This document shows, one piece after another, positions 61,568-64,000 of a stretch of DNA of 64,000 nucleotides. The position numbers and the translations under genes are program-made. The notes under the pieces were generated by a model, which was given only the letters and a program-made list of their open reading frames with translations, had not been told where the DNA came from and did not search any database. This DNA comes from Macrostomum lignano (Eukaryota). Every line of letters begins with the position of its first letter. Position 1 is the stretch's first letter. The stretch covers positions 434,001 through 498,000 of the forward strand of contig NIVC01000616.1 in assembly GCA_002269645.1 (NCBI GenBank). The letters run 5' to 3'.

Positions 61568-61887
61568 CATACATGCGCAACTTCCAAAATTTGGTCGGCC
61601 ATGCGACTTAGTTTTAACAAAAATGCGACTTAGTTTTAACAAAAATGCAATGTAGTTTTCAGCCAAAAATGTGACTTACATGTAAAAAAACCCTAATGCA
61701 AAATTAATGCAACTTTGGGTAAATGGCAGGAGTAACTATGACTGTCATATTAAGTCAAAATAACTCATCAGCTACTTAGTACTACTAATTTGGTATTTTT
61801 TTGGGTGGGCATTTTTGCAACTTCCTTGGTTGGCTGCCAAATCGGTTGGCCGAATTGGTCGACTCGGCTGACTGTTGCGCATGTATG
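61568..61887. mobile_element. 320-bp MITE with 8-bp TSD (hAT- or P-like)
   Basis: Perfect 14-bp TIR CATACATGCGCAAC / GTTGCGCATGTATG; TSD TTATAGCA at 61560-61567 and 61888-61895. Confidence 0.9.
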
Positions 61888-64000
61888 TTATAGCATGTAC
61901 ATGTTTTTTGTTCTTTCTGTTTTTTGTTTGGTCAATATTTTTTATTTAATTTAAATACATTCTCGTTTGTGTTTTCAATAGCTCATTTGCCTTGAAGATG
62001 TCTGCTTTGGACAAAACTTGTTGGCAGTTTAAATAGATTAAATGTTTGTTTTGACATTTGCTCTTTTGCTAATTTTAAAGCGAGCTACATTACCACAGTT
62101 TTTCTAGAAGCATGTTTTTTCCACTTTTTGGCTTCATTTTAAAAATTTAATACAAATGTAAAGAGTTTGACCAAGTAAAACTTTTTTGTACATTTGCACA
62201 ATTTAAACACTTAGACACTTATCAGAAAGCAGCATTCATCAACTTATAAACTTTTTAGTTTGTATTGTGGCTTTTTTATATTATTTATTGTTTTTTATTC
62301 ACTTTTAAAGTTGATACCTTTTTATGTTGTTTTTCAACTTTTCCACCTTGTATATAGGCCCTAGCTTATGGGACTTGCTACCTAAGGAAATAAACCTATT
62401 TCAAATGCAAAAGGATCTCATAGGCCTAGTCATAATAGGCTAATTTAAACAATAGTGTAAATTGACTGACTAATGTTATGACTAGAGTGTTTGTCTAATG
62501 ATATTAGGCCTACTTAGAGATAGATACTAATTGAATAAATAAAATAGGCCTAGTTAGGCAAACACTTTGAAATAACAATAAAAAATACTGAATCTGCCAT
62601 TAGAACCTAATACTGCTACCATGTAAAAAATGCAAAAGTTTTATGCAAGTTTTAATAAGTCTTTACTCTTATAAAAAAGATGACATAGATAGGCCTAGGC
62701 CTAGTTTGTTATCATCCAAATGTCAATAAAAGCAGATTATATGTTTATAAAGTTTTTTTTTTTCTATTTCTTGGCCGCTTGTCTAAATATAGGCCTAGTT
62801 TATTATTGCTCTTAAATTATTCATTAAATAAATAATTCATTTGAAAAAAGGCAGTTGTTATTGTTACAATGACTATATAAATAACAAAATGGTTATTTTT
62901 ATGGTTAACGGCTAATGCATAAGACATTATGCAGAATGCAGCTAATGCGGGCCTATTGTCTTTACTTAATCTTAATGTAACTGTATAAATAGCAAAACTG
63001 TTATTTTTATGTTATGGTCACCCTAGGTAAGAAGCAAAATGGCTATTTTTACAGTCATGTGGAAGAAATTTCCTAAACAATTAACAATTACCTAAAGTAA
63101 GCTACCATGACAAGAACCACTAGAAATTACTATTGTAGGCCCCCCTATTTATTAATAAAACATTTCTTTATTTTTTTTAATTTAACCATCATAGTATTTG
63201 CACAGCAAGTTTGTCACTTCATTTAGATGGTATTTGTTTTAAGTGTAAAACTGTAAAAATAACTGTCTCACTATTTATAGAGTCACCATAACATAACAAA
63301 AACAATTGCCTCACAAAAACTAGGCCTACTTTTTATTCCAATTTGCCTTTTGTATGCATATTAGGTCACGGGACCAGGACGCTCGGCCTCAATGACTGAA
63401 TTCATTGTAGGCCTACTAATGCAATGGCTACCCACTAAATTTAATGCTTAGGATAAGCCATATGTTTTGCCTTTGGCTTTGAAGTAGGCCCTAGGGCGGC
63501 TAGGGCCTAGCCCTTTTTGCTTACTTTTTGACATATCTAGGAAAAAAACAAGCAATAAAGTTTTGTCATTGTCTCACGTAATGCGATCTGAATGTAGGAA
63601 AGAGGTTTCTAAGCAAAAAAGTTGGCCGCTGCCTGCTTAGAAAGACCCATTACTGGAGCACGCATATGCCTATCACGTGTCGTGTGATATGGCGCGACAA
63701 GATTTTAAATGAAGTTAAAAGGCATTATCTGCACAAAGCTTCAAAAAACGCGAATTAGCTAGCTTTGTTTTTTAGCTTTTTTCTAACTTTTTATTCGCCT
63801 TTAAATCGGTCACTCTGCACTTTAATTTTTACAGTTTTATTTAAGTTTTGTTTTAAGCTAATTAATTGTAGCGAACGCGAACTTAAATGAATCAGGCTTG
63901 AAGGCAAGAACTTTGCAAGCGGTGGCACTTTTGTTTTGTCTTTGATCACTAGTTTTCCATGTGGAAAAGATAGGCTCGAGTATACGGAGTGTCGGATGCT

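Overview
Eukaryotic (metazoan) genomic DNA with GC/CpG-rich exons, AT-rich intergenic DNA and introns largely filled by tandem repeats. This architecture suggests a free-living flatworm such as Macrostomum (inference only). Six spliced genes were reconstructed by hand with phase-consistent junctions: a CCR4/Angel-like EEP nuclease (-), TOM40 (+), REV1 (+, last exon unresolved), an E74/ELF ETS factor (-), an 11-exon transglutaminase (-) and FANCM (-, no ERCC4 C-terminus). The 3' end of an unidentified gene lies at the left edge. Mobile DNA: a young, apparently intact 4.6-kb Ty3/gypsy (Mag-like) LTR element inserted between two Penelope-like GIY-YIG relics, a 1-kb foldback element and two MITEs, the last three each with an 8-bp TSD. 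About 20 of 29 reconstructed introns carry a tandem array, mostly private to that intron. Several arrays share a GAGATT core, and two in-frame arrays appear to sit inside REV1 and FANCM exons.
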